A DNA stretch of 64,000 nucleotides, from the NCBI RefSeq assembly GCF_009914755.1, contig NC_060931.1. The stretch is one strand, 5' to 3'. The translations under genes and the position numbers were made by a program. How positions within the stretch are numbered: the stretch's first letter is position 1; the number at the start of each line of letters is the position of its first letter. The notes beneath the pieces are model-generated. The model was not told where the DNA came from, searched no databases, and worked only from the letters and a program-made list of their open reading frames with translations. Shown here one piece after another: positions 39,105 to 52,439 of the stretch. The stretch is from the human T2T-CHM13v2.0 reference genome, Homo sapiens.

Positions 39105-40497
39105 TGATTTTTTTGTTTCTTTTTGAGCAGTTTTAGGTTTATAGAAAAATGGAGTTAAAACTACAGATTTCCCATATGCCCCCTCATCCCTTCCTCCTTC
39201 CCCTAGTTTCCTCTGTTACCATCTTGCATTCATGTGGTACATTTGTTAAAAATTGATGAGCCAGTATTGATACATTATTATTAACTAAAGTTTGTTGTTT
39301 ACATTATAACTTATTTTTTGTGTGGTACATTCTGTGGGTTTTGACAGTTGTAATAATGACACATGTCCACCATTACAGTGTCATACAGAATAGTTCACTG
39401 CCCTAAAGATCTCCTGTGCTCTGCCTATTCACCACTCCCTCTCTACCATCAAACCACTGGCAACCACAGATCCTTTTGCTGTCTCCATAGTTTTGCCTTT
39501 TCTGAATGTCATATAGTATGTAGCCTGTTCAATTTGGCTTCTTTCCGTAAGCAATACGCATTTAGGGGTTTGTCATGTCTTTTCATGACTTGAGAGCTTT
39601 TTTTTTTAATCACTGAGTAATGTTCTATTGTATGGATATGCTCCTATTAAAGGTAAGAGAGAGTACGTGTAAAATTTGTTTGTTTTGTACACAACAGTCT
39701 TGTTTGTTTCCAAGTTTTGGCAGTTATGAATAACGCTACTATAAACATTCAGGTACAAGTTTTTAAGTGGGCACCAGTCAACTTAGTCAGGAAATACCAA
39801 GGAGTTCCATTATGGGATCATATGGTAAGAGTGTGTTTGGCTGCCAAACTGTCTTCCAAAATGGCAGTACCATTTTGCATTTCATCCCACAACAAATGAG
39901 AGTTGTTGTTCCATATCTTTGCCAGCATTGATGCTGTCAGTGTTTTAGATTTTAGCCATTCTAGCATGTGGGAAGTAGTTTTCATTTGCAGTTTCATAAG
40001 GACATGTAGTGTTGAGCATCTTTTCATATGCTTATTTGCCATATATATATCTTTTATGAGATACCTATTCAGATCTTTGGCCTGTTTTTTAAATTGGGTT
40101 GTAAAATTATTGTTTAATTTTAAAGAGTTATTTGTATATTTTGAATGCCAGTCCTTTATCAGATATGTGGTTTGCAAATATTTTCTCCAATTTGCAAAAT
40201 ATTATCACTGTTTTTTGCAGAGTAGAAGTTTTTAATGTTAATGAAGTCCAGCTTAATTTTTTTCTCTTATGGATTATATTTTTGGTATTGTATCATCAAA
40301 TTTGTGGTCACCTAGATTTTCTACTATGTTGTCTTCTGGGAGTTTTATAGTTTTGCATTTTACATTTATGTCTGTGATTCATTGTGAGTTAATTTTTGTG
40401 AAAGGTGTTAGACCTGTGCCTACGTTCTCTCTCTGTCTCTCTCTCTCATTCTTTCTTTTTGACATTTGGAGGTCCATATGGTCCAGCACTATTTGTT
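39105..40497 (-). mobile_element. L1MC1/2-like element, 3' (non-inverted) segment
   Basis: Antisense 3'UTR ttttgagcagttttaggtttatagaaaaat...; minus-strand ORF2-like peptide DLNRYLIKDIYMANKHMKRCST. Confidence 0.85.
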
Positions 40498-42066
40498 AAT
40501 ATTCAAAAGCCAATTGCTTTCTTATGTTACAACAATGGACTACTGGAATTTTTTCTTGTTGGGTTTTTTTAAAAATTTTTTATTGTGTATATTTAAGGTA
40601 TACAACATGGTGTTCTGGGATACAGATATATGGTAAAAAGTTACTATAGTTCAAGTTAGCATATCCATCATGTCACATAATTACCATTTTTTTGGGAGGG
40701 AAGGTTTTGGCAAGAATAGCTAAAATCTACTCATTTTGCATGAATTCCAAATACAGTACAATTGCATACCTGTAGCCCTCATATTGTATATTTTATCTCT
40801 AGACCTTTTTCATCTTATATATCTGCTGCTTTACATCCTCTGACCTCTACTTGCCCATTTTCTTCCCACTGATAACCAGGGTTTTGTTCTGTCTGTATAA
40901 TTGAGATTTTTTTTTTTTTTTTAGATTCCACATAAAAGTGAGACCATTTAATATTTTTCTTTTTGTGCCTGGCTTGTTTCACTTAGTCTTGTGTCCTCCA
41001 GGTCCATCCATGTTGTGGCAGATGGCGAGATCTCATTCTTTTTTAGGGATAAATAACATCTCATTTATATACCACAATTTCTTTACCCATTTGTCTGTTA
41101 ATGGGCGGTTAGGTTGTTTTTGTATCTTGGCTATTGTGAATAATGCTGCAGTGAACATGAGAGTGCAAGTATCTTTATGAGGTGGTGATTTCATTTCCTT
41201 TGAGTATATTCCTAGAAGAGGGAATCTGGGTCATATGGTCTTTCTATTTTTAATTTATTTAGAAACCTTTATAGTGTTTTTTTATAATGGTATAATGGTA
41301 ATACCAACTTACATTCCTACTAACAGTGTACATGAGTTCCCCTTTTCTCCACCCCCTCACCAACATTTGTTATCTTTTGACTTTTTGATAATTAGCCATC
41401 CTAATGAGTATGAGATGGTATCTCATAGTGGTTTGGATTTGCATCTCCCTAATGATTAGTGATGTTGAGCACCTTTTCATATACCTATTGATGATGTTTA
41501 CCTGTTCTTTGGAGAAATGTCTATTCAAGTCTGAAATTTAAAACATAATACCATTTGATTTGGCACCAGAAAACCCATGAAATTCTTAGGTATGAATCTA
41601 ACAAAATATACACAAAACCTGTATGAGAGAAACTACAAAATTCTAATAAAAGAAATAAAGAACTAAATAAATAGAAAGCTATTCCATGTTCATTGACAGG
41701 AGAAATAAATATTTTCAAGATGTCAGTTCTTTTCAACTTAAACTATAGATTCAGTGCAATCCCAATCGAACTCTCAGCAAGTTATTTTGTGGATTTTGAC
41801 AAACTGATTCTCAAGTTTATATGGAAAGGTAGAAAACCCAGAATAGCCAACATAATATTAAAGGAGAACAAAGTCAGAGGACTGACACTACCCAACTTTA
41901 AAACTTACTATAAAGCTACAGTAATCAAGACAGTGTTGTATTTGTAAAAGACAAATAGGTCAATGAAACAGAATAGAGAGCCCAGAGATAGACCCACATA
42001 AGTATAGTTAACTGATACTTGACAATGCAGCAAAGGCAATTCAGTAAAGAAAATATAGTCTTTTCA
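40498..42066 (+). mobile_element. Inverted 5' segment of the same L1 (ORF2 sense): 40498-~40552 plus ~41532-42066
   Basis: Plus-strand ORF2 peptide YRFSAIPIELSASYFVDFDKLILKFIWKGRKPRIANIILKENKVRGLTLPNFKTYYKATVIKTV. Ends at atagtcttttca. Confidence 0.85.
40565..41531 (-). mobile_element. L1MA-type 3' end nested in the inverted L1 segment
   Basis: T-rich tail, then ttttattgtgtatatttaaggtatacaacatg... through to ttctttggagaaatgtctattcaagtc. Confidence 0.85.
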
Positions 42067-43734
42067 GTTAATATATTTTTAATGCAAAATGGTTGGGCAT
42101 TAGATTGAGACCATATCATAAAGGGTGGTAAATATTATGTCATGAGTTTATAGCCACTGAAAATCTATTTGGAGCCCATTAGAGGAAGTTAGGGATCAGA
42201 AGAGGACAGGAAAAGCTAATCTCCAGAGTGCTTCCCCTAGCAAGACACTCTTTTTTCAAAATAGAACATGCAATATGGAGTTTAGGGCAGTGTCCTTACT
42301 GCACTTTTCATCTGCTCACAGTTCTGCTAATTATACATTTGGATTATCCTCAACCACAAACACATCTTTATATTATATTGCACATATTACATCATAAAAC
42401 GATTCCTCCTGGATGCTTATCTACTAAACACAACAATTGCAGTATGCAGTGATAGAAAAGGAAGTTTTAGTTTATAGAAGAGTTTGTAGGAAATAATTTT
42501 GGAGTTTGAACTTTTATTAAGGTAAGGACTAACCTGGACCAGGTGACCCAAGTGAGGAATTTAAGGATATTAATCACTTAAGTAGAAAGCTACTAAGTAG
42601 TAAGAGGAGTTGACAAATTAGCCTTCCCACTTAAATCGTTTATCAAAGACTATCCAGTGCCTGGGAAATTTTTCTTGTCTTGTCAGGAGTCAGAATTTGA
42701 AATAGGCCTTGTGGTGGGGCTGTAACCCATTAAAAGATTTTTTTGGGCAGCGTTCTAAGTTTAAAATGATGAACTTTACAGTAGGCTTGTAGAATCTAAC
42801 TTGCTTAGAAACTGAGTACTGCCTGTATTTTCAATTCAAAAAAGACCTTAAAATCTAAAGTTTGTGAGTGAACATTTTGCCGCTTTTAAAAGATATATCT
42901 TTAAATATATTAGAATTATAGAATTTAATAGCTAATATGGACCTGAAATATCATTTAGAGAGATTTGCAAACTTTTTAAACAAAAGATTCATTTTATATT
43001 GTTTGCTATATAATTTAAAGATTTCATGGAGTAAAGCATGCTGATAATTTTTGCTCTTTTATTTTTAGATTTAAAAAGTTAATCAGTATCCACTAAATTG
43101 ATTTTACAGCCACTTGTATGGTTAAATAATTTGAAAAATATTGATCTCATCCAAGCGCTTTATTTTACAGATGAGGAAAGTGAGACTTGGAGCGGTAACC
43201 TCAGAGTAGCCACAGGATCACACAACTTTTTGACAGCTAGTTAATGACAGAGCTATGACCAGGTCAGTTCTGGTCAGTGTTCTTTCTGCCATCATTTATT
43301 GGTTCAGTCTATCATTAAGCACTTCAGAAATTATCGTAATCTTGTCATTAAATCTGTTCAGTACTTAAAAACAAGTTTAGTGCTGAAAAGTAATACATAA
43401 AATAATTTTGCAAAAAAACATGAGTAAACTCAAACTATAGAAGGATACACAATGAATAATTCAGTAGAGCAACATATAGACCACCAAGTAAATTTTTATC
43501 AAAAGACTGAATGCATTCTTATGTGTGTGTAATATGAATACTTGCACATAAACATGCTGATATCTTTGTCCTCTGGCAATGAAACCCACCTTTTTCTTCA
43601 CTTGACAGACCCTTCTAAGGTCTCTAACTTCCTCTCAGCAATATCCCTCATTGCATCTGTTACAAAATGTTTCCTGAGAAGTTAGTTTCTTAGATGTACT
43701 CAATGTCCCTGTACTTTTAGTCAAATAGTCTCCT

Positions 43735-43870
43735 TCAAGAATGCAGACTTGGAGTCAAATTATTTAGGTAACTGTGTAAACTTGGGCAAGTGGCATAATG
43801 GCTCTGTGCCTCAGTTTCCTCATGTTAAAATGGAGACAATAAAAATACCTACTTATCAGGGCTTTTGAGG
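43735..43870 (+). mobile_element. MIR SINE
   Basis: actgtgtaaacttgggcaagtggcataatggctctgtgcctcagtttcctcatgttaaaatggag. Confidence 0.8.
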
Positions 43871-46193
43871 GGGGGTTCTTTTGTCACTTTCTTAGAATCT
43901 AGTGATGATGACAGTGAACCTGACCAATACCTAATTCATTCTTCTGTTCAGCTGCACATGTCCACAGGGAAAAGAAATGGTTTTCATTAAGATAAAGGTG
44001 AAAAATATATTTGTAAATAGATTAATACTTCTGAAGCAGTGGAAATAGCACATCTATTGTGTTTTTCATTTCTTTATTTGAAGACCATTTAAAATTATTT
44101 TGATACTATGCTGGCTGAACTATAATTTTTGGAAATGCTCTTTATTTTAAATTTAATTTTAATCAGTGTTAATTTTTGTGTATTTTTTTACAGTAAAGAA
44201 ATGTTCTTTTTTTCCCATTGAAACTCCATCTTTGTTAAGAAGCAACAATTTCCTGCACTGGCAATGTTAAATGTAACTATAGCTTTCAATTCATTGCCGT
44301 GGTTATATTTCCACAGCCTGCTGTAAGAGATAAACCTATTGCAAATGAAGACAGCCTTCATTTTCCTTCTACCTCAGGCCACACAGAATTGATTGGGGTA
44401 ATAAAATGACAGCACCTTGTAATATACGGAAGGCTTTTTAATTTGAAAACCAGTTCTAACCTGATTCAAAGCTTGTTTAAAGCTAATTTATAGCTTACAT
44501 AATTTTCAGCTGGCTGACCAAGGTAAAGGATGATGTATGAAAACTGATAAAGAATTAATATTCAGACATTCCTCGTTAAAGTTAACTGGTATTAAAAAAA
44601 GAAAGAGAAGAAAATGTAGAAAAAAATTGGTAAGCTTTTGGTATACATAAGTAACATTGTTGAAAATAGTTTACACTTCTGTCATCTTTCAAACCTAGCT
44701 TCTTGTCCTTTCTTCTATTTGCATTTCTTACATGGTAAAATCCTTCATTTCTCATCACATATTAAGGTCAATGTAAGGCTGTAAGGTCAATGTGGTCACT
44801 GTTGTGACTTCCGCAGTGCCAAATCTATTGTATGCCGTGGTGGGATGCTGTTAAATAGTTCTGGTCTGTCAGAATTTTAATTATAATTTTTTTTCAAGAT
44901 GCAAACTGAAGGAATTTAGAACTTTTCATTTTTATTTGAGCTGAAAAATCAGTATTAGGCCTTTTGCCTTTGGCTGTTTTTATCTCTTTATTTTAGCATA
45001 TTTAATCATTTAACCCACAAATAATATAATTACCAGAGTAAAGTATCTGTACTATGAATGAATCCAGATTTTCAGAAATTTCATTTCACCATTCACAAGT
45101 AAAAACTGAATTACATTTTCCTTTTTTATGTTTAAGTCTTTTGCATAGTTATTACTTTTTATCTTAAAAAAGTGGAGGTTGAGCATGTCTTTTGCCATGT
45201 TCTATTCTAACATCCTAGAAAGTATCAAAATTTTAAGAAATGCATTTGTAATTCTTAATCATGTGTAGTTCACTTTGTACACAACAAATGTTTTGAATAT
45301 GTAGGGTAAAGAAAAAGGTGAATAAACAGATGTATATAAACATAAGATTAGATATATGAGACCAAGAAATTCTGTAGTTTCAAAAAGACTTGTCTAGATA
45401 TTTAGTTAGACATTAAGACCAAACATTTGTGGTCTAATTATGATGTCTGTGGTCAACATGGTCATAATTATTTTAATTACTTAAAAAAAATTATGAACTA
45501 GCACATGCTTATTATAGAAAACTTGGAGAACAATTAATATGTAAAGATAAAAAATATTCAAGAAATAACCACTACTAACATTTCGTTAGGACCTTAATAT
45601 ATAAGACATATGCTACGCATTTTCAGTGGGGACAAACATTGGTTCTTATGGGGGCAAAAATGCAAAATTAAAGTGGTTTGTGACTCCACGGCTTAAACCC
45701 TTCCCAAGAAAATTTTATTCTTAAGATTTAATCTCTCAGGTTTTCTTGGGTATCACACAAGCATTACTGACATTGAGTTCATGGAAAATACAGAAAATAT
45801 ATACAAAATTAATGCCACAGAACATGACAAATGGCTGTGAGGGGAGGACTTTTGATCAATTGCTTGATCTTAAACTTACTTTAGAAGAGGTGGCCAGTGC
45901 CTGCCAATTGGCTGCCATGTGGATACTTCTTATGCTTGATCTTAAGTGCTTTTGTGTGTGACAGCTCTACACAATTCCCTAGTTAAGAGTTACTTCTCAC
46001 CAACCAAAGGTTTAAAAAGTTAAAGTTCACCAAGAATGATTTTTAAGACATTTATTTAATTTTTTTCATTTACTTTAGCTGGAACTGCAGTTTTAATAGT
46101 TTTGAATGGTTTTTTTAAAACTTGATTTAACTTTATTATTAATATAGTTCTAAAGTTAAACATTAATCACTTTTACATTTTAACTTAAAAATT

Positions 46194-46490
46194 CTTTTTT
46201 TTTTTTTTTTTTTTTTGAGACGGAGTTTTGCTCTTGTTGCCCAGGCTAGAGTGCAATGGCACAATCTCGGCTCCCTGTACCCAGGTTCAAGCGATTCTCC
46301 TACCTCAGCCTCCCGATTAGGTGGGATTACAGGCACCTGCCACCACGCCTGGCTAATTTTTGTATTTTCAGTAGAGACGGGGTTTTGCCATGTTGTCCAG
46401 GCTGGTCTCGAACTCCTGACCTCAGGTGATCTGCCCACCTCGGCCTCCCTAAAGTGTTGGGATTACAGGCATGAGCCACTGCGCCCGGCC
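46194..46490 (-). mobile_element. Alu SINE, AluSq/Sp-like, with a small internal deletion
   Basis: Poly(T) plus reverse Alu. ctccctgtacccaggttc lacks about 12 nt of the consensus. Confidence 0.93.
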
Positions 46491-46614
46491 CTGTTGAGTC
46501 ATTCTTAATCTTGTATTAAATAAAAAGGTAACCTTTATACCTAGCTCTTTCCTTGTATAAAGTACAGCTATGCATATAAACATAAACAGACCAGCAGTAT
46601 ATCTGTGGCATTAA

Positions 46615-46944
<330 letters not shown>

Positions 46945-48634
46945 GGAAAAATATTTCTAAAGAGACTCCTTACAAGGTGATAATGAAAAAAAAACACAGT
47001 TGAGAAACACTGGCATAATCAACTTTTACCCACTTTATCCCTTATTATTACATAGTAAACATTAAAAATTATTTTTAAGCAAAGCCAGTTTTGTGCCCTG
47101 CGCACAATTACCATACTACTAAATTAGGAAGTAAACAGTAGATTAACTTGTGTTAACAGCATCAATTGTGATAATTAAGCTAAACAAGGAAATATTTGGC
47201 AGAATAAAATAAAACAATAACATATAAATCATATACTTAACAAATATTTTAATTTCTGATATTTATCTCACTTGCATATCATTCGTGCAAGTTCTTTAAA
47301 GAGAAAAGAGATCGTGAGAGATAAGTGCTCAAAGTCTTAACATGAGGAGTGGGAATAATGTATTTTTAATTGTATTTTCCTTGTTTTTACAATTTGAAGA
47401 CTTCTGTTATTTTATACTCAATTTCAGTGTCATTTGCTTCACTGTCGTTTGCTTCATTGTGTTACTTGGAACTCAAGTAACCTATCTGAATACCAGCAGA
47501 TGGTTGTTACATTTTTTTCCTATGTTGGTAGCTTGGGGAAGATGATATTTCTAAAACAAATATTTTCTTTTTTCCCCTGAATGAGTTTTAAAATATCTAA
47601 TACAAGCTAAGGCTGTGGAGATATTATAAAAATCTAAGGGAGCAAGGAAGTCTGCAAATGGTATTATTGTTGTTTTCATATTCACAATATTTATATACAT
47701 ATGAAAAATTTTGTTCTAGTTTCACTGAAATTGGCAGTAGAAAGCAATTTTGAGTAATTTAACACAAAATTTGCCACTATCATAGAAGTGAATTATTTAT
47801 AATTTGTTTTAAAATTTACAGATTTATTAAAAAACATATTGAGAGAAAATGTTTAAATAATTTTGTTTGTTGTTTCTAAAAATTAGGCATTCATCTATCT
47901 TTCACCATCCAGAATCACTGTATTTATTTTGATTGTATTCTCACCTGTTTCTTCTGCTATTTGGAGAGTGTTTGATACATGACTTAGTGTCATTTGCATT
48001 ATATAAGAAGATTAATTTTACAAGTTCTGTTCTCAATTTGAATAACTTTACATATTGACCTATGCAGGAACATAATCAAGTTAGCCTAATGGAGTTAACT
48101 AATTGTCACACTTTGATGAATTTTATATTGTGAGAAATTAAAGACAAACAGAAATCATCAGCCTTTGCTTTGAAATCAAATTTAAAGGATTTTACCAAGT
48201 TGTACTATATTTAAATGAAGAATGTATCTATTTCACACTAACCCTAAAGTACTGGAGGTTTAAAAGGGAAGTCAAGTGTGTATTGTGTGTCAGTCATTTA
48301 CCTTGGTTTCTGAAATATGTGAAAAATAAATTACAAAAACTAGAAAATATAAGACAGATAACTTTTGGTACTCTCTAAGGTACAAAAAGTAAAAAGGTAA
48401 ATGTTTATAGAATTGATGAAAATTGAGTAAAATTTTCCATAGGGTATGACTTAGTGTACTATTCCTAATAATATTCTAATGCATCATTGTGACCAGCAAG
48501 TCCATATAATAATGATATTGACTTTGAGATTCTTGTTAGACTAGTGGGAATGACCCAGCCTAACAGGCTGGTTTGTTGGAGCAGTAACTTCCAGAGGTCT
48601 TTGACTAGAACTCACAGTAAGAAATACATGTTAC

Positions 48635-48865
48635 CCTGTAACACCTTACACGTTCCTACACACTATTCTGTACACATCCCTACATACACCTCTATACACA
48701 TTTCTATACATGACTACACATCCTTCTATATATAAACCTTCTCATACCCCTGCACACACCTGTACATACATCTCTACCAACAACTCTACACATACCCATA
48801 CACACAGCCCTACATAGCCCGTTATACGACCCTACCGTATATACACATGCATACACCCCCACACG
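48635..48865 (+). repeat. Degenerate C/A-rich minisatellite-like tract (~10-12 bp unit, tacacacccc-like)
   Basis: Repeated cctacacac/cctatacac/cctgtacac variants; G-poor. Confidence 0.7.
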
Positions 48866-49604
48866 GAAATAAAACTTTTTTTATCCTTACTATGTGCGAT
48901 ATACCCTATTTTATTCTACCTATTCAATTTCAGCTTTAAAACAAATGTTCACAGCTCAGTAAATCTACATTTTGTTTAAACTAGTGTGCACTGGCCATTA
49001 TAGTACATTAGGGCTGATATGTAGGTCTATATGTTGTTTGCTAGGTATCTAGATATATGAATGCAGTTATAGAAGCAAATATGTACAGTATAGGAGAAAG
49101 TAATATTTTGCCTATACTGCTAATTTTGTGTAGGGTTTTTTCAGGCTTTTGTGATGAGATCTTTCATTGTTCAGCAATAATGAGCTATGGATTTATAAAT
49201 TTCTTGTTTTTCTTATACAAAGAAATAATATAATCCATAACTGCAAGAATATACTATACAGAAATATTTAAAGAGACTACCATTTCAAGCAAGGAAGTTG
49301 AAATAATAGGATTTTAAACATGGTCAAATAATAGGATTGAAATTTCTATACTATTTATGATAAAATAAAGAGCTTTATGTCAGTAGAATGGCAGTAGAAT
49401 GCAAATGCTGGCATTATCTGAAATTGTTCCCAAGTACTTACTGACACTGAGAAATGTTTAATTCCTGGGAAGCGTCTTTGATATATGGTCAGTTTCTTCA
49501 TGTAAATGTCCAAAAACCAATACTGTTTCCTGTTTGTTACATTTATTATGTTTTAGGTAACTTCCTTTTTCATGTCTGTTTCCATAAAATTGAAATTAAG
49601 TAAA

Positions 49605-49745
49605 ATATGTTCTGAGGAACATAAGACAGACCTGGATTTGAATATCTACTTCTCCACTTAGCTGTGCCACTCTGGGAAAATTCCTTAACCCTCCTGAGTT
49701 TACATTTCCTCATCAGGGAATGAATTGGTTCTCCAAGGTTGTTTT
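49605..49745 (+). mobile_element. MIR SINE
   Basis: agacagacctggatttgaat...ctccacttagctgtgccactctgggaaaattccttaaccctcctgag...tttcctcatc. Confidence 0.75.
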
Positions 49746-51890
49746 AGGAAAATATCAATCCAGTTACACCTTAAGTTTTACTTGTATTTCTCATTCATTT
49801 AGCATAGTTGAGATTGTATAATTTAAATTTAGAGCAACTGGCCAAATTCTTTTAGATCTTGTTTCTGTCAGGGTTATCTCTGTAATTAAGAAATCCGGAG
49901 TTCAGAAGGATTGTTAATGAATTGTCTGAAGATATGTAATAAGTAGGAGCAGGCCCAGATGAGGACTTTGACTTTCTGTCTCCAAGTCTAATGGTCTTTC
50001 CCCTGTATAGTATAGAATCTGGTGCTCATTTTCTGATTAAATCTCTTACAGTGCCTACACAATTCCCAAAAAGTATATATATCTCACAGTATGATTATGC
50101 TAGTTGGGTTTATTGTTTGTTATATGCAGAAAAAGTAAAAATGTTTTCTCATTGTTTTGATATAAATTATTTTAAAATGTTCCTGGCATTGTGTTATATA
50201 ATAGCCTAAGTTGCATCAGGAGTATAATTTGGTAGCTGTTTCCCACAGGGAAGTTTTATCTTATTTACAGATTTCATTCCTTGAAATTATTAATAGTTTC
50301 GTGTTGCATCAGTGACAGTATGTAAATCTCTACGTGATTATTGGTATTTTTGGGTTTCACTTTTTAAAGCTAGTCTGAACGTGTGTCTAACAGCTGTAAG
50401 TTTTTCATACTTACATAACTTTATTATTGATATAGATTTTTTTATTCCTACTTGATACTGCCTTTTTCTTACTGTCTTATCTGTCACAATTGAAAATACT
50501 GCTTCTGTGAGAGAAAAATACTAGCATATCTTCCTCAAATTATCAAAATATGAGAAGTATTTACCTAGAAAATTTCAAATGGCCATATTTTGAATATCTA
50601 GAAATCAGAAAAATAAGCAAATAGCTTCAATGCTTATTTTTAGATTGGGGTTTTTTAAATTTCTTAGGGGTTTTTGTTGTTGTTAGTTTTGCTGCTGCAT
50701 ATGCTTCTCAGTAAAAGCAAATAGTTTTATTGAGCTTTCTCCAAAATGTAGACAACAATGTTAAATGTATTATCAATGAAAAATTATGAACCACAAACAC
50801 ATATTATCCCAACATATAAAATTACAGATTTTTTATTTTCTCAGTAAACTCAGGTATCTTCACATTTAAAGCTGGTAGAAATACATGATGCCCTTTTCTG
50901 TTCTTATAGTGATACACATAGCAATTATTCACTGCGCCATAATGGATCATTTTTATCTGCATCATGTGCCTGTTCTGTTTATATAGAATAAATATTTATG
51001 TTTTATCATTTTCCTGGACTAGGAAATACAAATAGAATAAGTCTGAAGTATCAGCTATAATTCATCGCTTGAAAAGAAATGCCTTATTCTGATATCATGT
51101 AGAAAACTATCTAAATCATTTCAGCCGCAAGCTTATAACCAAGATAACATCAGCATTTTCCTTCTTGAAAATGTGTCTTCCATATATTAAAGTAAAAAAG
51201 CAGTATTTTATTAAAAATGCTTGTGACAACTTTAACCTATCATCATCATAAACTTTAGTATAAAGAAGATCCTGTTAGGTTTCATAGGGGAAAAAATGAT
51301 GATAAGATTTTGCTTTAGTCACTTGTTCACTATCCAAGATTTTCACAAAACTCCTAAGATGCAATAAAATACAAATGAAATAGTTCCTGTGTTACTAGAT
51401 TACAGTTTTCTACTGTAAGTTTTCAGAAACAAATTGTTATTCTAAGTATACATTGATAAAACTCCGTTAATGACTTAATGGTTAATTGGCTAATATACAA
51501 CCTCTCAGTTTAAAAAATCTAGAATTTTCTTCCCACACAGAAATTGTAGCCCTATAATTTACAACTGCTTATATCTTGTTGTACAGTGAAATGTTTGCAT
51601 AGAATAGGAAAAAGTTATCTATTTGATCCACATCACTTAGAAATTAGGAATATAAAGCATTTTAGTTTTGTCAGAAATATTTGCCTTACTTTGGGTATCT
51701 ATATTTCTTGAATTTGGCTTGATAATTGGCTTTTTCAACAATGGAAAAACAAAATTGTATTGAACTATGGTTTATAGTACTAAAATGTGTACCTAAATAA
51801 TTTTTTGAAGATAATATGCTATAATAATTTGTAAATAAAATATATAAACTTCATTTAGCATAAATGTTTTCTATCAATAACCATGAAACA

Positions 51891-52024
51891 TTATTTTTAT
51901 TTTTTGTAGTGACTAGGTCTCATTGTGTTGTCCAGGCTGATCTCAAGCCCCTGGGGTCAAGTGATTCTTCCGCCTCTGCCTCCGAAAATGCTAGGATTAT
52001 AGGCATGAGCCACCATGCCCAGCC
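51891..52024 (-). mobile_element. FLAM / free left Alu monomer
   Basis: Single reverse Alu monomer with a T-rich tail. Confidence 0.85.
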
Positions 52025-52439
52025 AATTTTTTTTATATTGTTCCTTATCTATGATTTATTTAATAAGGAATTAAGTGACAGATCACTTCAAGAAATAATA
52101 CATTTTTGACTGTATTATTTTGTTTTCATTTTGGAAATAATACATGTTTATTACAGATTATTTGGAAAATGCAGAAAAATAAAAGATAAAGAAAATAAAA
52201 GTCATGACCTACCTTCGAGAGATTACCGCTGCTTGCATATTGGTGTATGTTTTTCTAGCTTTTCTTTTTACCATTATTTAACAAATATCTACTAAGCATC
52301 TTGTAAGTGTAACACCCACTAATAGTACAGGGGAATACTCTGGTATTCTTGCAGGTCATAACCTTTATCCTCTTGATGTTTATGGCCTATAAAATGTATC
52401 TAGACAAGTGACATGAAAACTGGAAGAAAAACCCAAGGT

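Noticed and set aside
39818-42119. L1 ORF2-like peptides here and at 30620-30874 and 52438-52955
   Set aside because: Short, frameshifted remnants of dead LINE-1 copies; no intact reverse transcriptase or endonuclease.
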